Assembly: GCA_035543375.1 (NCBI GenBank)
Contig: DASZZF010000002.1
Span: 67,202-131,201, forward strand
Direction of reading: 5' to 3'
DNA from: Candidatus Limnocylindria bacterium
GTDB taxonomy: Bacteria; Chloroflexota; Limnocylindria; P2-11E
DNA: 64,000 bases
Positions 47,789 through 56,248 of this stretch are shown here, piece by piece. A program made the translations under genes and the position numbers. How positions within the stretch are numbered: position 1 is the stretch's first letter; the number at the start of each line of letters is the position of its first letter. The notes beneath the pieces were generated by a model. The model was not told where the DNA came from, made no database searches, and saw nothing but the letters and a program-made list of their open reading frames with translations.

Positions 47789-48639
47789 GGCGCGACCTTG
47801 ATCCCCATGCGCTCCGCCAGGGCCCGGAAGACCAGATCCGGACGCTCGTCGCGCAGCAGCGGGTTGCGGGCCCGTTCGCGCGCGACGAGGGCCGGGTCGA
47901 TCTCCGCAATGACGAGCTCTTCCTCGAACTCCTTCGCCCGGGCGACGACCGTGCCATCCGGCGCGACGACCTCGGACCCGCCCCAGAAGCCGACGCCGTC
48001 CTCGTGACCGACCCGATTCGCGAACGCCACGTACACCGTGAGGTATTGGGCATAGAAACGATCCATCGACCGGCAGGATGCCGCGGTGCCGAGGTCTCCG
48101 CCCTCAGCGACCCCGCGCCCGGGGCTCGAGGCGGGCGCCAGGATCACGCTGGCCCCCGCGATCGCGTACAGGTATGGAACGGAGAGATGCCAGAGATCCT
48201 CGCAGATCGCGAGGCCCGCGGTGCCAACGGCGCTCTCGAACGTCTCGAACGCATCACCGGGCCCGAAGTAGCGGCCGTCGTCGAAGATCCCATACGTCGG
48301 CAGGTACACCTTGCGGTGCACGTGACGCAACGCGCCGCCCGACCAGTAGCCCTGTGCGATGTGCAGCTTCGCGTCCTTCGATCGCTCGACGAAGCCCGCG
48401 ACGACGTCGATGTCGCGCGATGCACGGGCGATCGGCGCCAGGACCGGATCGTCGGCAGAGCACGCGACGTCCGCGGCGAGGTCCTTCAGGTAGTAACCGG
48501 TGAGGGACAGCTCCGGGAACACGACCAGGCGTGCCTCCGCCGCCCGCGCCCGGTCGACCCACTCCCGATGCATCTCGACATTCCGTTTGACCGCGCCGAG
48601 CGCGGGCGAGCATTGGGCGATCGCGACCCGCACGCTCAT
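47785..48639 (-). CDS. carbon-nitrogen hydrolase (nitrilase superfamily), a likely glutaminase partner of NadE
   Basis: VVFPELSLTGY...HRKVYLP...LAICEDLW catalytic E-K-C triad context. Confidence 0.9.
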   Translation of the reverse strand: MSVRVAIAQCSPALGAVKRNVEMHREWVDRARAAEARLVVFPELSLTGYYLKDLAADVACSADDPVLAPIARASRDIDVVAGFVERSKDAKLHIAQGYWSGGALRHVHRKVYLPTYGIFDDGRYFGPGDAFETFESAVGTAGLAICEDLWHLSVPYLYAIAGASVILAPASSPGRGVAEGGDLGTAASCRSMDRFYAQYLTVYVAFANRVGHEDGVGFWGGSEVVAPDGTVVARAKEFEEELVIAEIDPALVARERARNPLLRDERPDLVFRALAERMGIKVAP

Positions 48640-49070
48640 GAGCCGCGGAAGGTCCCGACGCGGTTGGCGTACTCGTTCGCGAGGGCAAGCGCGCGACGCT
48701 CATCGGCGGCCTCGGCCCAGATGTTGAACAACCAGTACCCGTCCGCGACGTACCCGTAGAGCGGCTCGCCGTCCGCGAGCAGCTGCGGGAATAGATCCTT
48801 GCTGAAATCGAAGGCCTCACCAACCGGATAACGCTCCAGCAGCCGCGGCTCGATGACGTAGATGCCGGTGTTGATCATGTCCGAGAACATTTCGCCCCAC
48901 GCGAGATATTGCAGCGTGACGACCGCGTCGGCCATGTCGTGCGACTTCAGCAGATCGAAAATGTGGCCGAGGCAGGGCCGGTTGACGATCGCCACCATCG
49001 GCTTGGGCCGGTTGATCGTGAGCGGCCGGAGGCGGCTACCCTCGCCGCCGGCCATGACGACAGCCTGCAT
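48636..49070 (-). pseudogene. nucleotidyltransferase (mannose-1-P guanylyltransferase-like) remnant with an in-frame internal deletion and truncated C-terminus
   Basis: N-terminal MAGGEGSRLRPLTINRPKPMV...VVTLQYL joins directly to WGEMFSDMINTGIYVIEP...GEPLYGYVADGYW. From memory, these blocks are about 110 residues apart in intact family members. Confidence 0.5.
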
Positions 49071-49076
49071 CCGAGT

Positions 49077-49373
49077 CTAGGCGCGCGGTCCGGGTCGATC
49101 GGCCCCGATCGCGAAGACAGACTCCAGATCGTGACGCGAGTACATCTTGAACGCGACGTGCGTATGGGTGCGCTGCACGCCCGGCACCTGGCCGATCCGC
49201 TGGGTCACGATCTCGGCGAGCTCGTCATGTGCGCGGGCCCGGACCATCGCGATGAAGTCGAACTCACCGGTGACCGAGTACACCTCGGACACGCCGTCCA
49301 CGCCCGCCAGGGCCTCGCCGATCGTCGGTATCGACTTCCGCTCGGCGTTGATGAGGACGATGGCGGTGATCAC
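49077..49373 (-). CDS. stand-alone Lrp/AsnC ligand-binding (RAM) domain protein
   Basis: MITAIVLINAE...VSEVYSVTGEFDFIAMVRA, 98 aa, no HTH. Confidence 0.8.
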   Translation of the reverse strand: MITAIVLINAERKSIPTIGEALAGVDGVSEVYSVTGEFDFIAMVRARAHDELAEIVTQRIGQVPGVQRTHTHVAFKMYSRHDLESVFAIGADRPGPRA

Positions 49374-49376
49374 CGG

Positions 49377-49586
49377 CTACAGGCTCTTCAGATCGATGTC
49401 GTGGAGCGCGGCCTTGACGAAGTGCGCGGCCTCCTGGAAGCCCATCGCCCTGCCGCGGTTGAGCGCGGCCTCGTAACCCTCGAGGCTGTCGTCGTTCGAG
49501 CGCTCGTCGTAGCGGTGGAACGCCTCCTCGAGCTGGTCGACGGCGAGCTTCACCCGGTCACGCGCGGCGGAGCTGATCACGGACAC
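49377..49586 (-). CDS. small helical hypothetical protein
   Basis: 69 aa. High GC3. Tightly packed between neighbouring genes. Confidence 0.55.
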   Translation of the reverse strand: MSVISSAARDRVKLAVDQLEEAFHRYDERSNDDSLEGYEAALNRGRAMGFQEAAHFVKAALHDIDLKSL

Positions 49587-49641
49587 CCTCCCGATGGCTG
49601 CGTCGAACAGAGGATATCGGGAGCGCGTCCGAACCGGGCTG

Positions 49642-50007
49642 CTAGCCGATCTCGAGCCTTGTCGTCGACACGCCGAGGTCGAGCTCGACGATCCCGTCCC
49701 GCACCCGGACGGGATACGCGTTGACCGGGAAGACCGCGGGCAGCGCCTTCACCTCGCCGGTGAAGAGGTCGAACCGGGCGCCGTGCCGCGGACATTCGAC
49801 GCAGTGATCCTCGATCGTGCCTTCGCCAAGGGTGCCGCCATCGTGCGTGCAGACGTTGTCGATGGCGCCCCAGTCACCGCCCTCGGTCCGCGCGAGACAA
49901 AAGGATCGTCCCTCCGCGCCGACGACCATCACCGCGCCGAGCGCGACATCGGCCTCGCCCGCGACCGGGACGAAGCGCGCCGTCTCCTGGTCCGGTCGCG
50001 CGCTCAC
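49642..50007 (-). CDS. Rieske-type [2Fe-2S] ferredoxin, last gene of the suf array
   Basis: CTHDGGTL...CPRHGARFD. GTGA overlap with the sufD stop. Confidence 0.85.
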   Translation of the reverse strand: MSARPDQETARFVPVAGEADVALGAVMVVGAEGRSFCLARTEGGDWGAIDNVCTHDGGTLGEGTIEDHCVECPRHGARFDLFTGEVKALPAVFPVNAYPVRVRDGIVELDLGVSTTRLEIG

Positions 50008-51272
50008 GCGACGTCCTCGAGCTCGGCGAGCCGGCCGATGCGCGACGCGAGTGCGTCCACGATCAGCGCGCGGACACGCGGATCCGGCAGGTGGTCGATC
50101 ACCCGCTGGAAGAAGCCGCGCACGAGCAGCTTCTCCGCCGCGTCGTGGGTCAGCCCCCGGGACATCACGTAGAAGAGCTCGCTGTCCTCGATCGCGCCTG
50201 CGGTCGCGCCGTGGCCGCAGCGCGCGACGTCGTTCGTCAGGATCTCGAGCACCGGGATCGGGTCGGCGCCGGCCTTCGGGGACAGCAGCATGTTCCGGCA
50301 TTCCTGGTAGGAGCCCGTGCCGCTCGAGGTGGGCTCGACGCGAATGATCCCGTAGAAGATTGCCTTCGCCGCGTCGTACAGCGCGGACAGGTAGAGGAGA
50401 TCGCTGTTCGACCCCTTGCCGTCGAGCCGCTGGAACGAGTTCACGTCGATCCGCTGTTCCGCGCCGGCGGCGACGAGGCCGTAGAGCTTCACGTTGGCGC
50501 CGTCAGCCCGGATGTCCGACTCCACACCGACCTTGGCCTTGCGGGCCCCGGTCAGCACGTTGAAGCTCGCGAGCTCGCTCTCGCGCTCCGACACGTAACG
50601 TTGCGAAGAGAGGTCCCACACGTCGTCGCCGAAGCGCTGCGTCCGCACGTACCGGAGACGGGCGCCGGCGCCGAGATGAACGTCGAGCTGCGGGATCGCG
50701 AGCCGGCCGGGGCCACCGCCATCTGAGGTCAGCTCCTCGACCACGGTCGCGCTGCTGCCCGGCTCGAGGACGATGATCGTCCGCGCGATGAGCGCGTTCG
50801 CGCCCGCCTCCCAGTGGTTGCTGATGATGATCGGCTCGCGCACCAAGGTGCCGCCTGATACGTGCAGGAAAGTGCTCCCGCCGGACCACATCGCCCGGGC
50901 CAACGCAGCGAACGGAGCGTGGCTCGCGATGGCTCCTGGCCGCTCGAGCCACGGACGCACGAGCGTCGGGTGCGCGACGGACATCTGGGTCAGCTTCCCG
51001 GCGGCGACCCCAGCCGGCGTCGCGGAGTAGGTGGCCGTATAGCCGCCCTGGGCGCGGACCACGGGTGGGCTACCGAGCCCGGGGAGGCCGGCAAGCGGGA
51101 AGCGGCGCCACTCCTCTTCGGCTCCGGTCGGCCAGGTCAGGGCGGCATAGTCGCGGGCCGCGGCCAGGCGCAGGTCGCGCAGCCAGTCGGGCTCGTTCCG
51201 CCCGACAGCGAGCCGCTCGACCGTTTCGGGGTCGAGCGGTAGGGACAGCGCAGGCGCGGTCGCGACGGCCAT
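50004..51272 (-). CDS. sufD: Fe-S cluster assembly protein SufD
   Basis: 422 aa with SufB/D beta-helix C-terminal region (HGATAGAIEDSELFYVMSRGL). Confidence 0.9.
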   Translation of the reverse strand: MAVATAPALSLPLDPETVERLAVGRNEPDWLRDLRLAAARDYAALTWPTGAEEEWRRFPLAGLPGLGSPPVVRAQGGYTATYSATPAGVAAGKLTQMSVAHPTLVRPWLERPGAIASHAPFAALARAMWSGGSTFLHVSGGTLVREPIIISNHWEAGANALIARTIIVLEPGSSATVVEELTSDGGGPGRLAIPQLDVHLGAGARLRYVRTQRFGDDVWDLSSQRYVSERESELASFNVLTGARKAKVGVESDIRADGANVKLYGLVAAGAEQRIDVNSFQRLDGKGSNSDLLYLSALYDAAKAIFYGIIRVEPTSSGTGSYQECRNMLLSPKAGADPIPVLEILTNDVARCGHGATAGAIEDSELFYVMSRGLTHDAAEKLLVRGFFQRVIDHLPDPRVRALIVDALASRIGRLAELEDVA

Positions 51273-52690
51273 CAGCCGATGGCGCCCTGCATCTGGAGCG
51301 TGATGAGCCGGTTCATCTCGATCGCGTAGTCCATCGGCAGCGTCTTCACGATCGGCTCAATGAAGCCGTTCACGACCATGGCGGTCGCCTCGGCCTCGGT
51401 CATGCCGCGGCTCATGAGATAGAAGAGCTGCTCCTCGCCGACCTTCGAGACCGAGGCCTCGTGGCCGATGGTGACATCCTCTTCGTCGACCTCCATATAC
51501 GGATACGTGTCGCTGCGGGCGGTGGTGTCGAGGATGAGTGCGTCGCAGCGCACCGTGCTCTTCGACTTCACGCAGCCGGGATAGATCTTCACCAGGCCGC
51601 GGTAGCTCGTACGACCGGTGCCCTTGCTGATCGACTTGCTGTTGATGAGCGATGTCGTGCGCGGCGCCGCGTGGACCATCTTCGCTCCGGCGTCGATGTG
51701 CTGGCCGGTGTCCGCGAACGCGACGGAGAGCACTTCGCCGTGCGCGCGCTCGCCGACGAGATACACGCTCGGGTACTTCATCGTGACCTTCGAGCCGAGG
51801 TTGGCGTCGATCCACTCCATCGCGCCGCCCTCTTGCACGACGGCACGCTTCGTCACGAGGTTGTAGACGTTGTGGCTCCAGTTCTGGATCGTCGTGTAGC
51901 GCACCCGCGCGTTCTTCTTGACGATGATCTCGACGACCGCGCTGTGCAGCGTGTTCGTCGAGAAGACGGGGGCCGTGCAGCCCTCGACGTAGTGCACGCT
52001 CGAGCCCTCCTCGGCGATGATGAGCGTGCGCTCGAACTGGCCGGCGTTCTCGCTGTTGATCCGGAAGTACGCCTGGAGCGGGATCTCCACCTCGACGCCC
52101 TTGGGCACCCAGACGAACGAGCCGCCCGACCACACCGCGGTGTTCAGCGCGGCCAGCTTGTTGTCGTTCGCCGGGATGACCGTGCCGAAGTGCTCGCGGA
52201 CGATATCCGGGTGCTCGCGGAGCGCGGAGTCGGTGTCCATGAAGAGGACACCCTTGGCCTCGATGTCCTTGCGGATGTTGTGGTAGACGGACTCCGAATC
52301 GTACTGGGCGCCGACACCCGCGAGGTACTTCTGCTCCGCCTCGGGGATGCCGAGCTTGTCGAAGGTCCGCTTCACGTAATCGGGGACGTCGTTCCAGTCC
52401 TTCACGGTCTTGTCGGACGCGCGCAGGTAGTAATAGATGTCCTCGAAGTCGATCTCGGAGAGGTCGGCGCCCCAGGTCGGCATCGGCCGCGAGCGGTAGT
52501 GCTTCAGCGCCTTGAGGCGCCGGTCGAGCATCCACTGCGGCTCGTGCTTGAAGGTCTGGCTGATCTCGCGCACGACGTCCTCGGTGAGGCCCTTCTTCTT
52601 CTCGTTCCGGTAGACGGCGTCGGTGTCTTCCCAGCCGTACTTGTAGCTGTCGTTCCGGGGGACCTTCAGGCGGACCTGATCTACTGCCAT
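51272..52690 (-). CDS. sufB: Fe-S cluster assembly protein SufB
   Basis: 472 aa, YKYGWEDTD...[21 protein letters not shown]. Confidence 0.97.
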   Translation of the reverse strand: MAVDQVRLKVPRNDSYKYGWEDTDAVYRNEKKKGLTEDVVREISQTFKHEPQWMLDRRLKALKHYRSRPMPTWGADLSEIDFEDIYYYLRASDKTVKDWNDVPDYVKRTFDKLGIPEAEQKYLAGVGAQYDSESVYHNIRKDIEAKGVLFMDTDSALREHPDIVREHFGTVIPANDNKLAALNTAVWSGGSFVWVPKGVEVEIPLQAYFRINSENAGQFERTLIIAEEGSSVHYVEGCTAPVFSTNTLHSAVVEIIVKKNARVRYTTIQNWSHNVYNLVTKRAVVQEGGAMEWIDANLGSKVTMKYPSVYLVGERAHGEVLSVAFADTGQHIDAGAKMVHAAPRTTSLINSKSISKGTGRTSYRGLVKIYPGCVKSKSTVRCDALILDTTARSDTYPYMEVDEEDVTIGHEASVSKVGEEQLFYLMSRGMTEAEATAMVVNGFIEPIVKTLPMDYAIEMNRLITLQMQGAIG

Positions 52691-52724
52691 CGCACCCTAT
52701 TTTCTACTAATTTAGTCGGAATTG

Positions 52725-53126
52725 CTAGGAGGACTTCGCTTCCTCGCCCGGCCACTCGGTGAGCCCCCAGGCGCTGCCCTTCAGGGCCTTCAGGCTGAGG
52801 AGCGCGCATTTGATCCGCGCCGGGCTGAGCGTGATCCCGAGGCTGTCGAGCACGTGCTCCTTGTCGAACGCTCTGAGCTCGTCGAGGGTCTTGCCGCGCA
52901 CCTCGTCGGTGAGAATTGACGCGGATGCCTGCGAGATGGCGCAGCCCTTGCCGCTGAAGGCAACGTCTTCGACCACGTCGCCATCGCCAATCTTGAGGTA
53001 CATCGTGATCTCGTCGCCGCACAGCGGATTCGTATCGTGGTACCGGTGCGTGGCGTCGGCGAGCTCGCCGAAGTTGTGCGGATTCTTGTAGTGGTCGAGG
53101 ATGAACTCACGGTAGAAGTCGTCCAT
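52725..53126 (-). CDS. sufU: SufU/IscU-like sulfur transfer scaffold
   Basis: LDHYKNPHNFG...NPLCGDEI...GKGCAISQASAS...ARIKCALL. Confidence 0.9.
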   Translation of the reverse strand: MDDFYREFILDHYKNPHNFGELADATHRYHDTNPLCGDEITMYLKIGDGDVVEDVAFSGKGCAISQASASILTDEVRGKTLDELRAFDKEHVLDSLGITLSPARIKCALLSLKALKGSAWGLTEWPGEEAKSS

Positions 53127-53128
53127 CG

Positions 53129-54385
53129 CTAGACCTTGAACACACGCTTGGCCGTACCGATGGCTGCGACCAGCGCGTCGCACTCGGCAACGGTGTTGTA
53201 CAGGTAGAAGCTCGCGCGGGTGGTCGCCGGCGTACCGAGGCGCTCCATGAGCGGCTGGTTGCAGTGGTGGCCGGCGCGGACGCAGACGCCCTCGCTGTCG
53301 AAGATCTGCGCGACGTCGTGCGGATGGATGCCCTCGATCGCGAACGAGATGACCCCCACGCGATCGTCGAGCGTCATCGGGCCGAACACGGTGACGCCCG
53401 GGATCGCCATGATCTTCGGGAGCGCGTAGCCGACGAGCGCCCGCTCGTGCTCGTGGATCCGGCCCATCCCGACGGCCTCGAGGTAGTCGACGGCGGCGCC
53501 GAGCCCGATCGCGTCGACGTACGCGGAGGTCCCGGCTTCGAACTTCCACGGCAGCTCGTTCCACGACGACCGCGCCACCGTCACGGTCGCGATCATGTCG
53601 CCGCCGTAGAGGAACGGCCGCATCTTCTCGAGGAGCGCCGCGCGCCCCCAGACCACTCCCGAGCCGGGAGGCGCCAGCATCTTGTGGCCGCTGAAGATCA
53701 GGAAATCGCAATCGAGGTCGCGAACGTCGACCTTCGAGTGGGGCACGGACTGGGCGCCATCGAGCAAGACCACCGCGCCAGCGGCGTGGGCCTCGGTCAC
53801 GAGCTCCTTGGCGGGAGTGACGGTGCCGAGGCCGTTGCTCGCATGCGTAATCGCCACGAGCTTCGGATGCAGGGCGAGGGCGGCCGTGTACTCGTCCCGC
53901 TTCAGCCGGCCCTCCTCGTCGATATCGACAACGATGAGCCGCGCGCCGGCCTGCTGCGCGAGCTGCTGCCAGGGGACGAAGTTCGAGTGATGTTCGAGCA
54001 CGGTCGTCACGATCACATCACCGGTGCCGACGTGCTCGCGGGCCCAGGAGTTCAGGACGAGGTTCGCGCCCTCGGTCGCGTTGCGCACGAAGATGACCTC
54101 ACGCGCGTGCGGGGCGTTGATGAACCGGGCGACCTTCTCGCGCGCACCCTCGAAGAGCTCACTCGTCCGGATGCTGAGCTCGTAGACACCACGATGGATG
54201 TTCGCGTTGCACTCCTCGTAGACCGCGCTCATCGCGTCGATGACCTGCCGCGGCTTCTGGCTGGTCGCCGCGTTGTCGAGATACACGAGCGGCTTGCCGT
54301 TCATCGGCCGCGAGAGGATCGGGAAGTCGGCGCGGATACGCTCGACGTCGAGCGCGGTCTCGTGGCGCGATGCGGTCAGGGGCAC
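53129..54385 (-). CDS. sufS: cysteine desulfurase SufS
   Basis: FSGHKMLAPPGSG (PLP lysine) and RAGHHCNQP motifs. Confidence 0.95.
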   Translation of the reverse strand: MPLTASRHETALDVERIRADFPILSRPMNGKPLVYLDNAATSQKPRQVIDAMSAVYEECNANIHRGVYELSIRTSELFEGAREKVARFINAPHAREVIFVRNATEGANLVLNSWAREHVGTGDVIVTTVLEHHSNFVPWQQLAQQAGARLIVVDIDEEGRLKRDEYTAALALHPKLVAITHASNGLGTVTPAKELVTEAHAAGAVVLLDGAQSVPHSKVDVRDLDCDFLIFSGHKMLAPPGSGVVWGRAALLEKMRPFLYGGDMIATVTVARSSWNELPWKFEAGTSAYVDAIGLGAAVDYLEAVGMGRIHEHERALVGYALPKIMAIPGVTVFGPMTLDDRVGVISFAIEGIHPHDVAQIFDSEGVCVRAGHHCNQPLMERLGTPATTRASFYLYNTVAECDALVAAIGTAKRVFKV

Positions 54386-55176
54386 TAGGCGCTGCCCACC
54401 GCGGCGGGCTCCTTGTAGAGCTCCTCGCGTACGAACTCGTACCCCTTGATTTCGAGCTCCTCGGCGAGCTCGCGCCCGCCGGTGCGGACGATCCGGCCTT
54501 CGACCAGGACGTGCACGTAGTCGGGCTGCACGTAGCGGAGGATCCGCTCGTAGTGCGTGATCAGGAGGATGCCCAGATCGGGCCCGCGGCTCTGCTCGAT
54601 CCCGCCGGCGATCGTCTTCAGCGCGTCGATGTCGAGGCCCGAATCCGCCTCGTCGAGAATCGCCATCGTCGGCTGGAACATGTGCATCTGGAGGGTCTCG
54701 AGGCGTTTCTTCTCGCCCCCGGAGAAGCCATCGTTCACGGAGCGCTTCAGGAATTCGTCCGGAACCTCGAGCAGCTTCATCTTCTCTGCCAGGAGCTTCC
54801 GGAACTGCGGGATCGGCATGTCGTTCTTCTTTTCGATTCCGGGCGTCGCGCGCCGCGCGTTGATCGCGGTGCGGAGGAAGTTGGCCACGGAAACGCCGGG
54901 GATCGCCGCTGGGTACTGGAAGGCGAGGAACAGGCCCTTGCGGGCGCGCTCGTCGACCGGCAACGCCAGGACATCCAGGCCGTCGAGCAGGACCTGGCCA
55001 CGCGTCACGCGATAGCGCGGGTGACCCATGATCGCGAGCGATAGCGTGCTCTTGCCCGAGCCGTTCGGGCCCATGATCGCGTGCACCTCGCCGCTTTTGA
55101 CGACGAGGTCGATGCCGCGGAGGATCTCCTTATCGTCCACGCTGACGTGGAGGTCCTTGATCTCGAGCGTTGACAT
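54385..55176 (-). CDS. sufC: Fe-S cluster assembly ATPase SufC
   Basis: GPNGSGKSTL, FSGGEKKR and ILDEADSGLD motifs. Confidence 0.97.
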   Translation of the reverse strand: MSTLEIKDLHVSVDDKEILRGIDLVVKSGEVHAIMGPNGSGKSTLSLAIMGHPRYRVTRGQVLLDGLDVLALPVDERARKGLFLAFQYPAAIPGVSVANFLRTAINARRATPGIEKKNDMPIPQFRKLLAEKMKLLEVPDEFLKRSVNDGFSGGEKKRLETLQMHMFQPTMAILDEADSGLDIDALKTIAGGIEQSRGPDLGILLITHYERILRYVQPDYVHVLVEGRIVRTGGRELAEELEIKGYEFVREELYKEPAAVGSA

Positions 55177-55197
55177 GGGTACTCCCCTCTTCGTGCG

Positions 55198-55665
55198 CTA
55201 CGGCATGACGGACGCGATCGGTCGCGTATCGCGGGCGAGCTCGGCGAGCGTCATGCCGTCGAGCGCCAGCGCGATGCTGGACTGCAGCTTGAGCCAGACG
55301 AGCCGCGTGCCGCAGCCCTGCTCGCGCACGCAGTTGAGGACCGGGTCGCCTTCGGCGGTGCAGATCTGCGGCTCGATCGGACCTTCGAGCGCGCGCACGA
55401 TGTCGCCGGCGGTGATCTGCCCGGGCTCCCGGGCGAGCGTGTAGCCGCCCCCGGCGCCGCGCTTGCCGATCACGAGGCCGGACTTGCGGAGTACCGCGAC
55501 GAGCTGCTCGAGGTAGGCCCCCGGCAGCTGTTCGCGCTCCGCCACGGCGTGCAGGGAGACGCTGCCGCCTCCGTAATGACGTGCCAGATCGACCATCAGG
55601 CGCATCCCATACTCGCCCCGGGTGGAGACGTGGAACGCGGCGGTGGTCGTCTGATTTCCGAGCAC
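55198..55665 (-). CDS. Rrf2-family transcriptional regulator (IscR/SufR-type position)
   Basis: STRGEYGMRLMVDLA...GLVIGKRGAGGGYTLA, plus three Cys (C..CVREQGC) in the sensor region. Start at GTG 55663-55665. Confidence 0.85.
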   Translation of the reverse strand: MLGNQTTTAAFHVSTRGEYGMRLMVDLARHYGGGSVSLHAVAEREQLPGAYLEQLVAVLRKSGLVIGKRGAGGGYTLAREPGQITAGDIVRALEGPIEPQICTAEGDPVLNCVREQGCGTRLVWLKLQSSIALALDGMTLAELARDTRPIASVMP

Positions 55666-55675
55666 TACGGTCGGA

Positions 55676-55704
55676 ATTCTAGCGAGCCCCGCGCACCCTG
55701 ACAA
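55676..55704 (-). promoter_or_regulatory. sigma-70-type promoter for the Rrf2-suf operon (TTGTCA-17-TAGAAT)
   Basis: On the minus strand: -35 TTGTCA (55704-55699), a 17-nt spacer and -10 TAGAAT (55681-55676). The GTG start is 11 nt after the -10, which implies a leaderless or near-leaderless mRNA. Confidence 0.5.
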
Positions 55705-55711
55705 TCGCCCG

Positions 55712-56248
55712 GTGGCCCTTGGTATCAGGCGTGCGGTGGTCGGGTCGACGAATCCGGCCAAGGTCGCCGCGGTCCGCACGGCGCTCGTCCGGCTGGCCCC
55801 GGCGGCGGAGGTGCGAGCGATCGCTGTGTCATCCGGTATCCCGTCACAACCGTTCGGGGACGCCGTGACGCGGAGCGCGGCCCTCGAGCGCGCGCGGCAG
55901 GCGCTCGGGGCGAGCGACGCCGAGATTGCGTTCGGTCTCGAAGGCGGGGTGGAGCTGGACGCGGGGCGGGTGTGGCTCCTTTCTTGGGTGGCAGCGCTCG
56001 ACCGCGCGGGCCAGACCGGCTATGCGAGCGGCTTGCGGATGCTGCTTCCCCCGTCGCTAGCCGACGGACTACGCGCCGGCGCGGAACTCGGCAGCCTCAT
56101 CGACCGGCTGTTCGGAGTCCGCGACAGCAAGACCCAGAGCGGCGCGATCGGCCTGCTCACCGACGGTGCGGTGTCACGGACCGACGCGTTCGCGGACCTG
56201 GTCGCGATGAGCCTCGCGCCCTGGCTCCATCCCGACCGTTACCGCTAG
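55712..56248 (+). CDS. inosine/xanthosine triphosphatase (YjjX/DUF84 family)
   Basis: VVGSTNPAKVAAV...FGLEGG... pattern, 178 aa. Confidence 0.8.
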   Translation: MALGIRRAVVGSTNPAKVAAVRTALVRLAPAAEVRAIAVSSGIPSQPFGDAVTRSAALERARQALGASDAEIAFGLEGGVELDAGRVWLLSWVAALDRAGQTGYASGLRMLLPPSLADGLRAGAELGSLIDRLFGVRDSKTQSGAIGLLTDGAVSRTDAFADLVAMSLAPWLHPDRYR

